From the NCBI GenBank assembly GCA_003009755.1, contig PXUB01000030.1, positions 36,638-100,637 on the forward strand: DNA of 64,000 bases, given 5' to 3'. Below are positions 38,401-47,100 of this stretch, one piece after another. The notes under the pieces were generated by a model. The model was not told the DNA's origin, did no database searches, and was given only the letters and a program-made list of their open reading frames with translations. Each line of letters starts with the position of its first letter. The stretch's first letter is position 1. A program made the translations under genes and the position numbers. This stretch comes from Thermoplasmatales archaeon SW_10_69_26. GTDB lineage: Archaea; Thermoplasmatota; SW-10-69-26.

Positions 38401-40506
38401 GTCGTCCTCGTTGCGCTCCATCTGGAGCTCGGAGAACTCCTCGCCGGTCGCGTTCGTGAAGTTGGCCGGGGCCCCGTCCGGCGTCTCGAAGACCGCCGTC
38501 ACGCCGTCCTCCTTGAGGGAACCGTCGGCTTCGTCCTTGCTGTTGAGGATCTCGGCTTGGAAGGTGACGTTGTTGCCCTCCTGGACCTGGGGGACCTGAC
38601 TGCTGCCGTCGTCCCCGTCGATCGAGGTGGACTCGATGTTCGGCGCGTTCTGGTCGACGAACACGAGATCCAGGCACCAGGTGTTGTCGGCGTTGTCGGG
38701 CTGCCGGCCGCACTCCTGGTGCTCGTTGAGCTCACCGATCTCGCCGGCCTCTGGGCGCGGCGTGGGCGGGGAATCGTAGTTGTCCGGGTGGTCCAGGCGG
38801 ACCATGATGCGCTGCTCGCCGCCCTCGTCGTTGGCGTTGACGACGAGCTGTTGATCCCACAGGTCCTGGGAGCCTTGCGTGGACGAGGGGATCGCGTACT
38901 CGCTGTTGTCGACGTCCTCGGCGTCGACGTCACGGTCGAAGCGCTCGATCCGTTGCCCTTGGAACCAGATGGAGGCCCGCCATCCGTTGTCGCGGAGATC
39001 CTCCTTGGCGGCGTCCGACTCCAGGAGGTTCTCGTCGCCGCTGTTCTGGAACTCGGGCTGGAGCTTGATATCCGAATCCACCGGACAGGGCTCCTCCTCC
39101 GTGCAGTCGCTCACGGTCCCGTTCCCGGTGTCGACGAAGAGGTTGTGCTCGACGAACTCGAGGTCGACGCCGCGGAGCTGCAGGGACCGCTGACCGGCGT
39201 TGTTGTTCTCGTTGGATTCGGGGATGGCGCCCTCGCCGTCGAGGTCCTCGTCGGCGATGGCCTTCAGGAAGAACTGGCCGGCGCGCTTGAGGCGGTCGAA
39301 GGCGGTGACCTGCGTGGAGGTTTGGGTGCTGGGTTGGATGACCTCCTCGCTGTCCTTGTCGTAGATGCCGGCGTCGGTCCGGTTGGCGTAGATCGTGGTT
39401 TGGCTGGTGTCGAGGGGTTCGCCGTCTTGTTCGGCGCGGGTCTCGGTGTGGAGGTTGGTCTCCAGGGGAGCGCCGAAGCGGTAGGAACAGGGGTATTCGG
39501 TGTCGGGGTCGTCAGTCCGTTGGATCCACTGGCAAGTGGGTCCATCGGAGGATCCGGTGTACTTGTAGGTGTCGTAGGTGCGCGTGTCCCGCTCATCGGG
39601 CTCGTAGTCGCTGTCGTCGCTGTCGAAGCTGGATCGGTTGGCGAACTCGCCGTCGTCCCGGGCACCGTTGGGGTTCCAGTTGGGGTAGCTGCCCTCGTTG
39701 GTGATCCCGATATCGAATTTGGCGGAGTCGTCGCCGGTGTAGGAGGTGCGGCGGTCGTCCTTGTCGGTCACCCAGTTCACGTCGTTGTTGTCGACGAGCA
39801 GGTCGGGGCGTTGGTCGACGACGATGACGCGTTCGGCCGCGATGCAGGCTGCACCGCCGGCCCCGCAGTTGTCGAGGTTGCCGAACCCGCTGTCTGTCGT
39901 GTCGCCCTCGTTGTTGGTGTCGGCGTCGATGTCGAAGACGAGGAACCGGACGCGGTGTTCGCCGGGGTTGTCTTGGACGCCGTCGACGCTGATCGTATCC
40001 GAGAGGCTGATACTCGCGGTGCACTTCTGGCTCGGCTGGAGGCTGTTGGGCTTCTCCGCGGAACTGCTATCGGGGCAGTCGAGCCCGCGCGTAGGATAGT
40101 TGTGGGCCGCACCGCTGCGGTCCTGGTAGGCTTGGTCGTCCTTCAGGTCGTGGTCGCCGTGCAGGTATTGGATCTGCAATCGCAGCTCGTCGCTATCAAC
40201 GGACGAGTAGCCCTGGCAACTGTTGTCGTCGGCCAGCCGGTTCTCGACCGTGACGTCGAACTGGATGTCCACGCCGGGCTTGGCGAAGACCGCTTGCTCG
40301 CCTGTGATCTGCAGATCGTCGCCGGCTCCACCGGTGGGCACGGCCTCGATGTCGGTGATCCACAATGGGTTCTCAGCGTGGTCGCAATCACCCACCAGCC
40401 CCTCCTGGGCCTGGGCATCCTCGTCGGACATGGTGACGAGGGGGACGAGGAGGCTGAGGGCAGCGACGAGGACGAGCGCGCGGCGGGCGTTGATGACGCG
40501 AGACAC
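35479..40506 (-). CDS. 1675-aa cell-surface protein (CARDB/Ig-like repeats) with IPEW-TM-RR C-terminal anchor
   Basis: Signal peptide, IPESNENNN CARDB-like motif, repeated A.D..GN Ig-like strands, FIPEWTLLTVLTATAVALGVLGLNRR. Confidence 0.85.
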   Translation of the reverse strand: MSRVINARRALVLVAALSLLVPLVTMSDEDAQAQEGLVGDCDHAENPLWITDIEAVPTGGAGDDLQITGEQAVFAKPGVDIQFDVTVENRLADDNSCQGYSSVDSDELRLQIQYLHGDHDLKDDQAYQDRSGAAHNYPTRGLDCPDSSSAEKPNSLQPSQKCTASISLSDTISVDGVQDNPGEHRVRFLVFDIDADTNNEGDTTDSGFGNLDNCGAGGAACIAAERVIVVDQRPDLLVDNNDVNWVTDKDDRRTSYTGDDSAKFDIGITNEGSYPNWNPNGARDDGEFANRSSFDSDDSDYEPDERDTRTYDTYKYTGSSDGPTCQWIQRTDDPDTEYPCSYRFGAPLETNLHTETRAEQDGEPLDTSQTTIYANRTDAGIYDKDSEEVIQPSTQTSTQVTAFDRLKRAGQFFLKAIADEDLDGEGAIPESNENNNAGQRSLQLRGVDLEFVEHNLFVDTGNGTVSDCTEEEPCPVDSDIKLQPEFQNSGDENLLESDAAKEDLRDNGWRASIWFQGQRIERFDRDVDAEDVDNSEYAIPSSTQGSQDLWDQQLVVNANDEGGEQRIMVRLDHPDNYDSPPTPRPEAGEIGELNEHQECGRQPDNADNTWCLDLVFVDQNAPNIESTSIDGDDGSSQVPQVQEGNNVTFQAEILNSKDEADGSLKEDGVTAVFETPDGAPANFTNATGEEFSELQMERNEDDRAIWEVTTTIQGDPDRYVFKVRAEDTEHTTVSDGMQFDLTSLPTEIEIDPPGGDGFRVNGEASFGSDPPRYRGSADEPDNRFNITASINGTELSDEAVAENTSVEVVRPNGTTAAWLDVEMIEHCRVDTATGTDQRTGGGCDTEGDETETKTESWQWYYANSSDQDLDLDWVGEFDVDYHVSDNFGRNTTEGRVGEIADRVNENGNTEPLLSNASVSPTAVDPGDEVTARADARDALRVENVSLEIRKPGADEFVDAPLPVDQIDDQTTRNGTYEANVAVGPDAEFFDRGGTYTVRLAVTDFADQVTRGQDVSVAVNDTQAPTIVDFRTIPNGTQEVGGPITWVADVSDDTAVQPPTLRIDRPTSGATGALDMTYNETQDRWVYGPVNATEVDVGTWTYDVTVEDYTGKQSTAAGELQVKDNLPPQAQKFSPDVRGPAEGTYGPAEPTIRADVVDFGQGVNKSSISFGVNGEDVTDEAEISPIDDCEDCYRVKYDPPESFASGSTVDVTLEAADVSEPPQESDTLRHQFQVDAEGPSAELEMGPAIQRGDRQVIGLPTDIDVSVTDGASGAGQTEVTVTHADSGASQTITLAGGEGTLRLQEFDEVVDGHGVYQISVVAEDAVGNTGDERQQPVLFDQLGPSIEVFAEPGKPREVVFANVTEDAEVQKVEAVYNVDDGPDQTLALEEEDGTWSVRLFNQRTDQAFQEGATVRFTVEATDIFGNVRSSTEKNFTAGDSVPSVAFDRPAEGDTITGTTQAAWTATDAETPTDELRISLFYKQPGGTFQEIPEAQDIPNRGSYRLDTTALPNGDVTLQVFVLDGQNFAADEVNVTVRNLGETFSSPELQDTREEDGQDVLSPNQETTFRVQIDGNVRRAWANITSGGEVVQRVELENVGGSSWEGTFQAPEERGDYEISLSAVTDEGPKTADSAHAFSVQGDEVEGDNFIPEWTLLTVLTATAVALGVLGLNRRWT

Positions 40507-40634
40507 GGTTCCACCTGCGAAGGGAGGGCAACCGCCACGCCCGACGGGAGGCGCTTAAAGGTTGCCCTGCCCGATAGGCAGACCGGTGATGCTTGAACGT
40601 TTCGGTACGCGCCCTGTCCAGTCGGACGGTCGCT

Positions 40635-40671
40635 CCCCCTCCCCTCCCCTCCGTCGAGGGAGGGAAGGGGG
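40635..40671. terminator. Polypyrimidine/polypurine hairpin (terminator or REP-like palindrome)
   Basis: ccccctcccctcccctc-cgtc-gagggagggaaggggg just downstream of 40694-41341. Confidence 0.4.
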
Positions 40672-40693
40672 CGGAGAGGAGGTCAGAGGCGAA

Positions 40694-41341
40694 CTAGCCA
40701 CCGAAGTCGCCCTTGCTGCCTTCCATGCCGAAGGAGAAGTGCTCGGTGTAGGGGCCGACGAGATCGTCCTCGATCTGGATGCCGCTGACGGTTCCCGAGG
40801 ACAGGTAGACGACGGCGAACGTCGCCCCGCCGGGCACGGGGGTGTCGCAGTCGTCCTTGCTCTCCTGGCCTTCGCCGGCGTCCACGTCGCCCTTCAGGTC
40901 GTAGGCGGGGCCCGGGCCGTAGAACGCCACGCGGTAGTTGTGATCCCGCGGCTGCAGGATCGGGATGCCGACGAAGTTCTCACGGTCCTCGACCGGGTCG
41001 AGGCGTTCGATGCAGAAGCTCTCCACGTCGGCCGCCGTCTTGCAGGGAAGGTCGACGACGTAGGCGTCCTGGCCGTTCGTCCAGTCCTGCAGCGAGATCC
41101 CCCCGATCGTCGCCGGGGCGAAGCCCTGGTCGAACAGCTGCAGGTACAGGGTCTGGCTGGCGCGGATGTTCTGGTTCACGCCGGGGTGGGACGCGGCGAC
41201 GTACCCGCGGTCGAAGAACTCCATCTCCTTCTCGCAGGGGCCCACATCGTGGTCGGCGGCGGCCGGCGTCGCAGGCAGCGTGACGGCGACGAGCGCGAGC
41301 GCCAGCAGCGCCGTCACGGCACGGTTCGTGATCGTGGTCAT
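40694..41341 (-). CDS. Hypothetical secreted protein
   Basis: Signal peptide ending PAAA; GGAGG RBS; four Cys. Confidence 0.75.
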   Translation of the reverse strand: MTTITNRAVTALLALALVAVTLPATPAAADHDVGPCEKEMEFFDRGYVAASHPGVNQNIRASQTLYLQLFDQGFAPATIGGISLQDWTNGQDAYVVDLPCKTAADVESFCIERLDPVEDRENFVGIPILQPRDHNYRVAFYGPGPAYDLKGDVDAGEGQESKDDCDTPVPGGATFAVVYLSSGTVSGIQIEDDLVGPYTEHFSFGMEGSKGDFGG

Positions 41342-41435
41342 CGGTCGTCAGCCTCCGTGTAGGGTGAGGTGTCGGCGGGGGGCATCATCAGCACGGGGTC
41401 GTCACCGAGACGGGGTGAACCGGTGCAGACCACGC

Positions 41436-42353
41436 TCATCCTTGGCCCTCCATGATCGAGGTACCCAGCAGCCGGTTGACGCGTTGCTCGAACGGTCCGG
41501 AGCCGGGCATCTCGGGGGATTGCCCGATGCCGAGCGGGAGACCGATGCCCTCGCCGGCGCAGTACAGCACGTCGCTGGGGCCACCGATCCACTCATCCAA
41601 GTGGAACGGCTGATCGGGCTGCTGCTGGATCTGCTTGTTGTCGCGGAGGATGAACTGCTCGCCTTCGCCTTCGGCGATCTCGACCTCCGTGGTGATCTTG
41701 GCTTCCTCGCCCGTGAGGCCCGTCGCGGCTTGCGGGTACACAGCGACGATGTAGGAGTCGTCGGGGGCCAGATCGATGCTCATCTGGGTCGAGCCTCCGG
41801 CGCCGGCGGCTCGCTGGGTCTGTGATGCCTTCTGCAGGATGCGGAACGCGTAGCCCAGGCCCTCGCCCTGTTCGGGGTACAGGTCCTCGACGAGGTGCTG
41901 GGGGCAGTTCGGCGTCATCCCGGTCCCGTCCTCCTGGACGCGGAACACGTCCATCGCGGCGACGACCGGGCCCTCGACGGTCACGGTGACCTCGTAGGGG
42001 AGGTCGCCCACGGAGGTCCCGGGCGTGATGGATAGCCAGGTGATCTTCTCCTCTCGCTCCGTGTCGGCGCCGTTGAGGGCAAGGCCCGCCGGCACGGTGG
42101 GGACGTCGTCGTTGCCGGTCTCCTCGCGGAGGGAATCGTCCTCTCCCCAGTAGCCTTGATCCACGTAAGCGTCGTCTTCGACGACGATCTCGTCCCTGTA
42201 GGGGATGTCCGAGGTGATCTCGTGGTTCGGGTTGTCGTCACCTTCGGTGTGGAATTCGTCACCGTCGTCCCGGGCTGTCGATGCCGTGTGGGCGAGCGCA
42301 GGCGTCATCCCGACGAGCAGGACGACGGCGACGCCCAACGTTGCAAGCCTCAC
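41436..42353 (-). CDS. Hypothetical secreted protein
   Basis: Signal peptide ending ALA; GAGGTGA RBS and TTTAAG box upstream. Confidence 0.75.
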   Translation of the reverse strand: MRLATLGVAVVLLVGMTPALAHTASTARDDGDEFHTEGDDNPNHEITSDIPYRDEIVVEDDAYVDQGYWGEDDSLREETGNDDVPTVPAGLALNGADTEREEKITWLSITPGTSVGDLPYEVTVTVEGPVVAAMDVFRVQEDGTGMTPNCPQHLVEDLYPEQGEGLGYAFRILQKASQTQRAAGAGGSTQMSIDLAPDDSYIVAVYPQAATGLTGEEAKITTEVEIAEGEGEQFILRDNKQIQQQPDQPFHLDEWIGGPSDVLYCAGEGIGLPLGIGQSPEMPGSGPFEQRVNRLLGTSIMEGQG

Positions 42354-42512
42354 GCGTAGTCACCTCTTCCGTCGACGACCAGTTCACCCAGCGCTACTTA
42401 AAGCTTCACGCGTCACGCCGACGGAGAAGCACCCCCAGCCGGGGGCAGGTTCCCCTTGAGACCCGTGCCGAGAGCGCAAACGCTTTTATACCGTGCCGGC
42501 TACCATTCCAAC

Positions 42513-43499
42513 GTGCGGGAGAAGCTCGTCGAACGCGTTCGCGGCATGATGGCCCAAGCGGGCTTCGCTGTGTCGGAGCCGCTCAGCCATCGCCCGATCA
42601 GCTTCGACTTCCTCGCGCGCCGGGACGAGAACTTCTACATCCTGAAGGTCCTGACCAACATCGACTCCCTGAGCGAGGAGGTCGCGCGCGAGATGCGCAT
42701 CCTCGCTCGCTTCCTCAACGGCCGGCCGCTGCTGGTCGGGATGAAGGCATCCAGCGCCCCGCTGGAGGCCGGCGCCGTCTACGTCCGCCACGGCATCCCG
42801 ATCCTCTCCGTCGAGGGCCTCAAGGACTACCTCATCGAGGGCGCGCCCCCGATGGCCTTCGCAGCTCCGGGCGGCTTCTGCGTGAAGCTCGACGGCGAGA
42901 AGCTCCACGCGATCCGGCAGGACGAGAACCTGTCCCTCGGCCAGCTGGCCGACGTCGCCGGCGTCTCCCGGCGCACGATCAGCATGTACGAGGACGGCAT
43001 GAGCGCCACCGTCGAGGCTGCCCTCCGCCTCGAGGAGTTCCTCGAGCGCCCGCTGATCCGCCCGATCGACCCCTTCGCCCGCACCGAGGACGACGAGGAG
43101 CCGGCCGAGCCGAACGAGATCGAGGACGTCTCCGACCCGTACACGCGCTCGATCTTCGACCTGCTCTCCGAGATGGGGTTCGGCATCGTGCCCACCGGGC
43201 GCAGCCCCTTCCACGGCATCGGGCTCGTCGACCCGGCCGAGTACGACCCCTCGGACCCCAACGAGGCGCTGCTCCTCACGGCCGCCTCCAAGAGCCGAAG
43301 CGTCGAGGACCGCGCGGCGCTGCTGCGCAGCGTGTCAACGATCTGCGAGCGCACCGCCCTGTTCATCACCGGCGACGACAAGGAGGGCCCCCACGGGACC
43401 GCGTTCGTCAAGAAGGAGAAGCTCGACCGCTTCGACGAGGTCGAGGGTCTCGTCGAGCTCGCTCGCGAGAGAGGCGAGAGCGGCGACGAGGACGAGTGA
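42513..43499 (+). CDS. Conserved archaeal Cro/C1 HTH regulator (COG1395/MJ1164-like)
   Basis: SFDFLARR, KVLTNIDSL, YVRHGIP, APGGF.V and LSLGQLADVAGVSRRTISMYEDG; TTTTATA box at 42484. Confidence 0.88.
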   Translation: MREKLVERVRGMMAQAGFAVSEPLSHRPISFDFLARRDENFYILKVLTNIDSLSEEVAREMRILARFLNGRPLLVGMKASSAPLEAGAVYVRHGIPILSVEGLKDYLIEGAPPMAFAAPGGFCVKLDGEKLHAIRQDENLSLGQLADVAGVSRRTISMYEDGMSATVEAALRLEEFLERPLIRPIDPFARTEDDEEPAEPNEIEDVSDPYTRSIFDLLSEMGFGIVPTGRSPFHGIGLVDPAEYDPSDPNEALLLTAASKSRSVEDRAALLRSVSTICERTALFITGDDKEGPHGTAFVKKEKLDRFDEVEGLVELARERGESGDEDE

Positions 43500-43526
43500 C
43501 GAACCGACGCGGGCGCGGTTGGCTCG

Positions 43527-44146
43527 GGGCACACAGAGATAAACAGGCACAGAGACACAGAGACCGGGCCGAGGGGGGGACGCCAGAAGCTTCAGAGCGC
43601 GACGCGTTCGACCCCGTCGACGAGCTGAGGCACGTTGAAGTTGATCAAGAGCCCGAGAGGTGCATTCGCCATCTCGAGGTACGTCAAAACCTGGCTCTTG
43701 AAGACCGGGTGGAGGTCCTCGGCGGCCTTGACCTCGACGACGAGGCGTTCGTCGATCGAGAGATCGATCCTGTAGGAGGCCTCCAGTTCTCGCACGCGGA
43801 ACCGAGCTGGGATCGTCACCTCCCGAGCGACCGAGAGCCCTGTATCCTCCAAGGCTTCCGCGAGGCATTCGACGTAGACCCTCTCGAGGAGACCGGGCCC
43901 GAGTTCCCTGTGAACCTCGATCGCAGCTCCGATCACGTCCCGACTCAGGGCGTTCAACGTAAGGGCCGGCTCCTCGGCGGTCGTGGCCGAACCTGACCGT
44001 CGTCCCTCGTCAGGGCTCTCCGGAACTGACACCGTCTCTGCGTGCCCCTCTCGTGGATCCCCCGATACCGTCCCTCCGAGGTCCCTGGATCCCGTGCAAC
44101 GCCTACGTTCCTCTGTGGCTCCGTGACTCGGTGCCTCTGTGTGCCC
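43527..44146. mobile_element. Candidate 620-bp element: GxxExxY gene between 36-bp inverted arms of tandem octamers
   Basis: Left gggc-acacagag-ataaacag-gcacagag-acacagag; reverse complement of right arm gggc-acacagag-gcaccgag-tcacggag-ccacagag. Confidence 0.6.
43592..44032 (-). CDS. GxxExxY protein (PD-(D/E)XK nuclease superfamily)
   Basis: VHRELGPGLLERVY, RIDL...VVEVKA, QVLTYL and GLLINF motifs. Confidence 0.92.
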   Translation of the reverse strand: MSVPESPDEGRRSGSATTAEEPALTLNALSRDVIGAAIEVHRELGPGLLERVYVECLAEALEDTGLSVAREVTIPARFRVRELEASYRIDLSIDERLVVEVKAAEDLHPVFKSQVLTYLEMANAPLGLLINFNVPQLVDGVERVAL

Positions 44147-44183
44147 AGCGGCGACCGCAACCGCGGACCGCTCGGTCCGTCCA

Positions 44184-47100
44184 CTAGGGCTGCTCGCCGC
44201 TCCAGATCTTCACGTCGCCCTCCGGCTTGGCGATGCAGGTGAGCACGTAGTCCTCCTGCTCCTCGTCGGAGAGCACCTGGCCCTCGCTCTGGTCGGGCGC
44301 GGCGCCCTCCCACTTCGCCGAGCAGCTCACGCAGGAGCCGGCCCGGCAGTCGAAGGGCAGGTCGTCGAAGCCGTGCCGCTCGGCGGCGTCGAGGATCGAC
44401 TCGTCCTCGTAGACGGGGATCGCGGCGTTCTGCTTGACGAGCTCGACGCGGTGGGCGTCGTCGGGGATGTCGAACTCCTCGAACTCCTCCTCGCCGCCCA
44501 CGTCCACGTCGGCGAGATCGACCCCGCCCTCGCGCGTCTCCATGCGCTCGGCCACGAGGTCGTGCACCGTGACCACGTCGACGCCGGCGTCGTCGAGCAC
44601 GTAGGCCAGGTCGGTGCAACCGACCAGGACCGTGCCCGACAGCTCGGTCTGCGCCTTCGTCGTCAGGGCCTCGGTCTGGTTGGGATTCACGAGCGCGTAC
44701 GCGCGATCGGGGATCAGCGTGTCCCCGATGTCGGCCACCTCGGCCTCCACGTCGGGCAGGAACTCGGCGAGGTCCTCGAGCGCGGCGCGCTCGCTGTCCT
44801 TGGCGAACGGCGAGTGGAGGATCGTGGCCTCGATCGTCTCGAAGCCCTCCTCGTCCTCATCGCCGCCGTCGGCGTCCTCGCTCTCTTCGTCGGCGTCTTG
44901 GTCGGCCTCGCTGTCCTCGTCCCCGGCGGCGTCCTCGTCGTCGGCTTCGGCGTCCTGGTCGTCGCCTTGGCCTTGGAAGGTCAGCCGGCCGGCCTTGGCG
45001 AGGCTGGCGGTGACCTCGGTCGCGGTGAGGATCCGAGGCGAGTATCCCTCGTGGTCGGTGTCCGCGAGCAGGTCGTCGAGGCGTCGGCGGAGGACGTCGG
45101 CGTCCTCGCTGGACAGCGTGACCAGGGTCGAGGGACGCTCGCCGTCGAGCAGGTCCATCGCCTCGTCGATCAGCTGGCTCGTCTGCTGGGAGGCTTCGGC
45201 GAAGGCGCCCAGACGGTAGGGCACGGTGCCGAGGTGGACCTCGTCCTCGCCGAGCGTGGTGAACCCGAACCCGGCGTTCTGGAAGGCGTTGAAGACGCTC
45301 AGCGCGTCGTCGGTTCGATCGAAGGCGGCCTGGTCGCCGGTGACGAGCAGCGTCGTCGTGTCGACACCGCTCGGGACGGCGCTGGGCAGCCAGTCGCCGC
45401 GCGTCTCGGGGTCCTCGCCGAGCACGTTGTCGGTTTCCTCGAGGTCGTCGACGACGTCCTGCACGCGGGGGTCGAGCCCGCAGGCGGCCTGGCCGGCCTC
45501 GCGGACGGCCTCGATCGTCCCCAGGATCGGCGTGCCGTTCTGGCTGTTGTCCTCGTAGGTCGGCACGGCCGGCAGCGACAGCGCGTGCGAGACCATCTGC
45601 TCGGTGGGCTCGTTGCCCTCGATGATGGCTCGGGCGCTGGCGACGACGCCGCGCGGCAGCTGGGTGTCGAAGCGGACCGCGCGCACGATCGAGCGGGGGC
45701 GCTCCTGCTCGAAGCTGATGCCTCGGTGCAGCTCGCCGGTGCGGTTCGTGTGGCCTTGGCGCGAGCAGCGCTGGACGCCGTCGGTCAGGCTGCCGAGCCG
45801 CTTGGACAGCCGGCGGCCGTACACGCTGTTGAGCGCCCGGTTGGAGGGCTCCATCGAGGAGCCGCGCCGGTGGTCGTACTGGGCGCGGGCGCTCTTCAGC
45901 ATGAGGTTGCCGGGCACGACGGCGGCGCTCGTCGGGATGAACGGGATCCCCTTGACGCCGGCCGCCAGCACCTTGCCCGGGTTCATGATGTTCTCCGGGT
46001 CGTTGGCCGTCTTCCAGGACGACAGACGCTCGACGCGGTCCTTGCCGAGCACGTCCTTGCCCTCGCCCGGCGTCAACAGGCCGGGCGCGACGGCGGAGCC
46101 GCCGGCGGACTTGACCGCGTCGAGGAACGCCAGCCGGTTGCCCCAGGCCAGCGGCCAGCTGGGCAGCCGGCGGTCGCCGAGCACGTTGAGCACGAGGGTG
46201 AACTCGTCGGGGCCGCTGGCGATGGCCCAGATGGACCACTCGCGGGCCTCGACGGCTTCCATACCGGCTTGCCAAGCCTCGGTGAGATCCTCGCGCGAGC
46301 ACTTGGCCTTCGCGACGAGGAGCGAGGGACCGTAGCGCTGGAAGTTGCGCTGCTGGTAGCGGCGCTCCCACTCCCAGCTGGCCTTGTCCTCCTCGACCCA
46401 CTCACCGTCGAGCGTGTCGACGCGGGCCTCGAGGTCGGGCACGAGCTCCTCGGCCTTCTCGTCCTCGATCGTGTGGATGACGACGTAGCTGTCCTTGGGG
46501 AGGGCCCGAGCGGTCTCGGGCTCCATCTTGAGGTCGACGTGGCGGGGCCCGAGGATGTGGACGTGCCGGATGCCGTCGTGGGGGAGGCCGCCGATGTAGC
46601 TCTCGGCGCCGGCGATCGAGTCGAAGGCCGCTGCCGTCGGGTGCGTGTCGGTGCGCTCCTCGAGCCGGAGCTCGACCTCGGTGACGAACCCGGTCGAGCC
46701 TTGGCAGCCCTCGGTCAGATCGAGGCCTTCGCCGCGACGGTTCTCGAGGTCCAGGCTCGTCGACAGCACCTCGGCCTCGACCACGTTGTCGCGGATCGAG
46801 CCGGAGGTGTACGAACCGAACCCGGCCTTGCCCATCGCCAGCGCGCCGCCGACCGTGGAGTAGGGGGCCTCGATCGGTTCGGCGCGGGCGCGCAGCCCGT
46901 GCTCGGCGAGCTTCTCGTCGAGATCGGCCCAGGTCAGGCCGGCGCGGACGCGGGCCTGCATGGCGTCCTCGTCGACCTCGAGCACGTCGTCGAAGCCGCG
47001 CATGTCGGCCACGATGCCGCCCTCGACGGGCACGGCGCCGCCGTGGACGCTGGTCCCGCCGCCGCGGGGGACGACGGGGATCTGGTTGTTGCGGGCGAAC

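Noticed and set aside
35110-40596. Very long alternative ORFs (for example 1828 aa on +, and 20977-23580, 31531-34314, 44139-47498)
   Set aside because: Antisense or off-frame shadows of real genes caused by high GC3; Arg/Gly/Pro-rich or mirror composition and no motifs.
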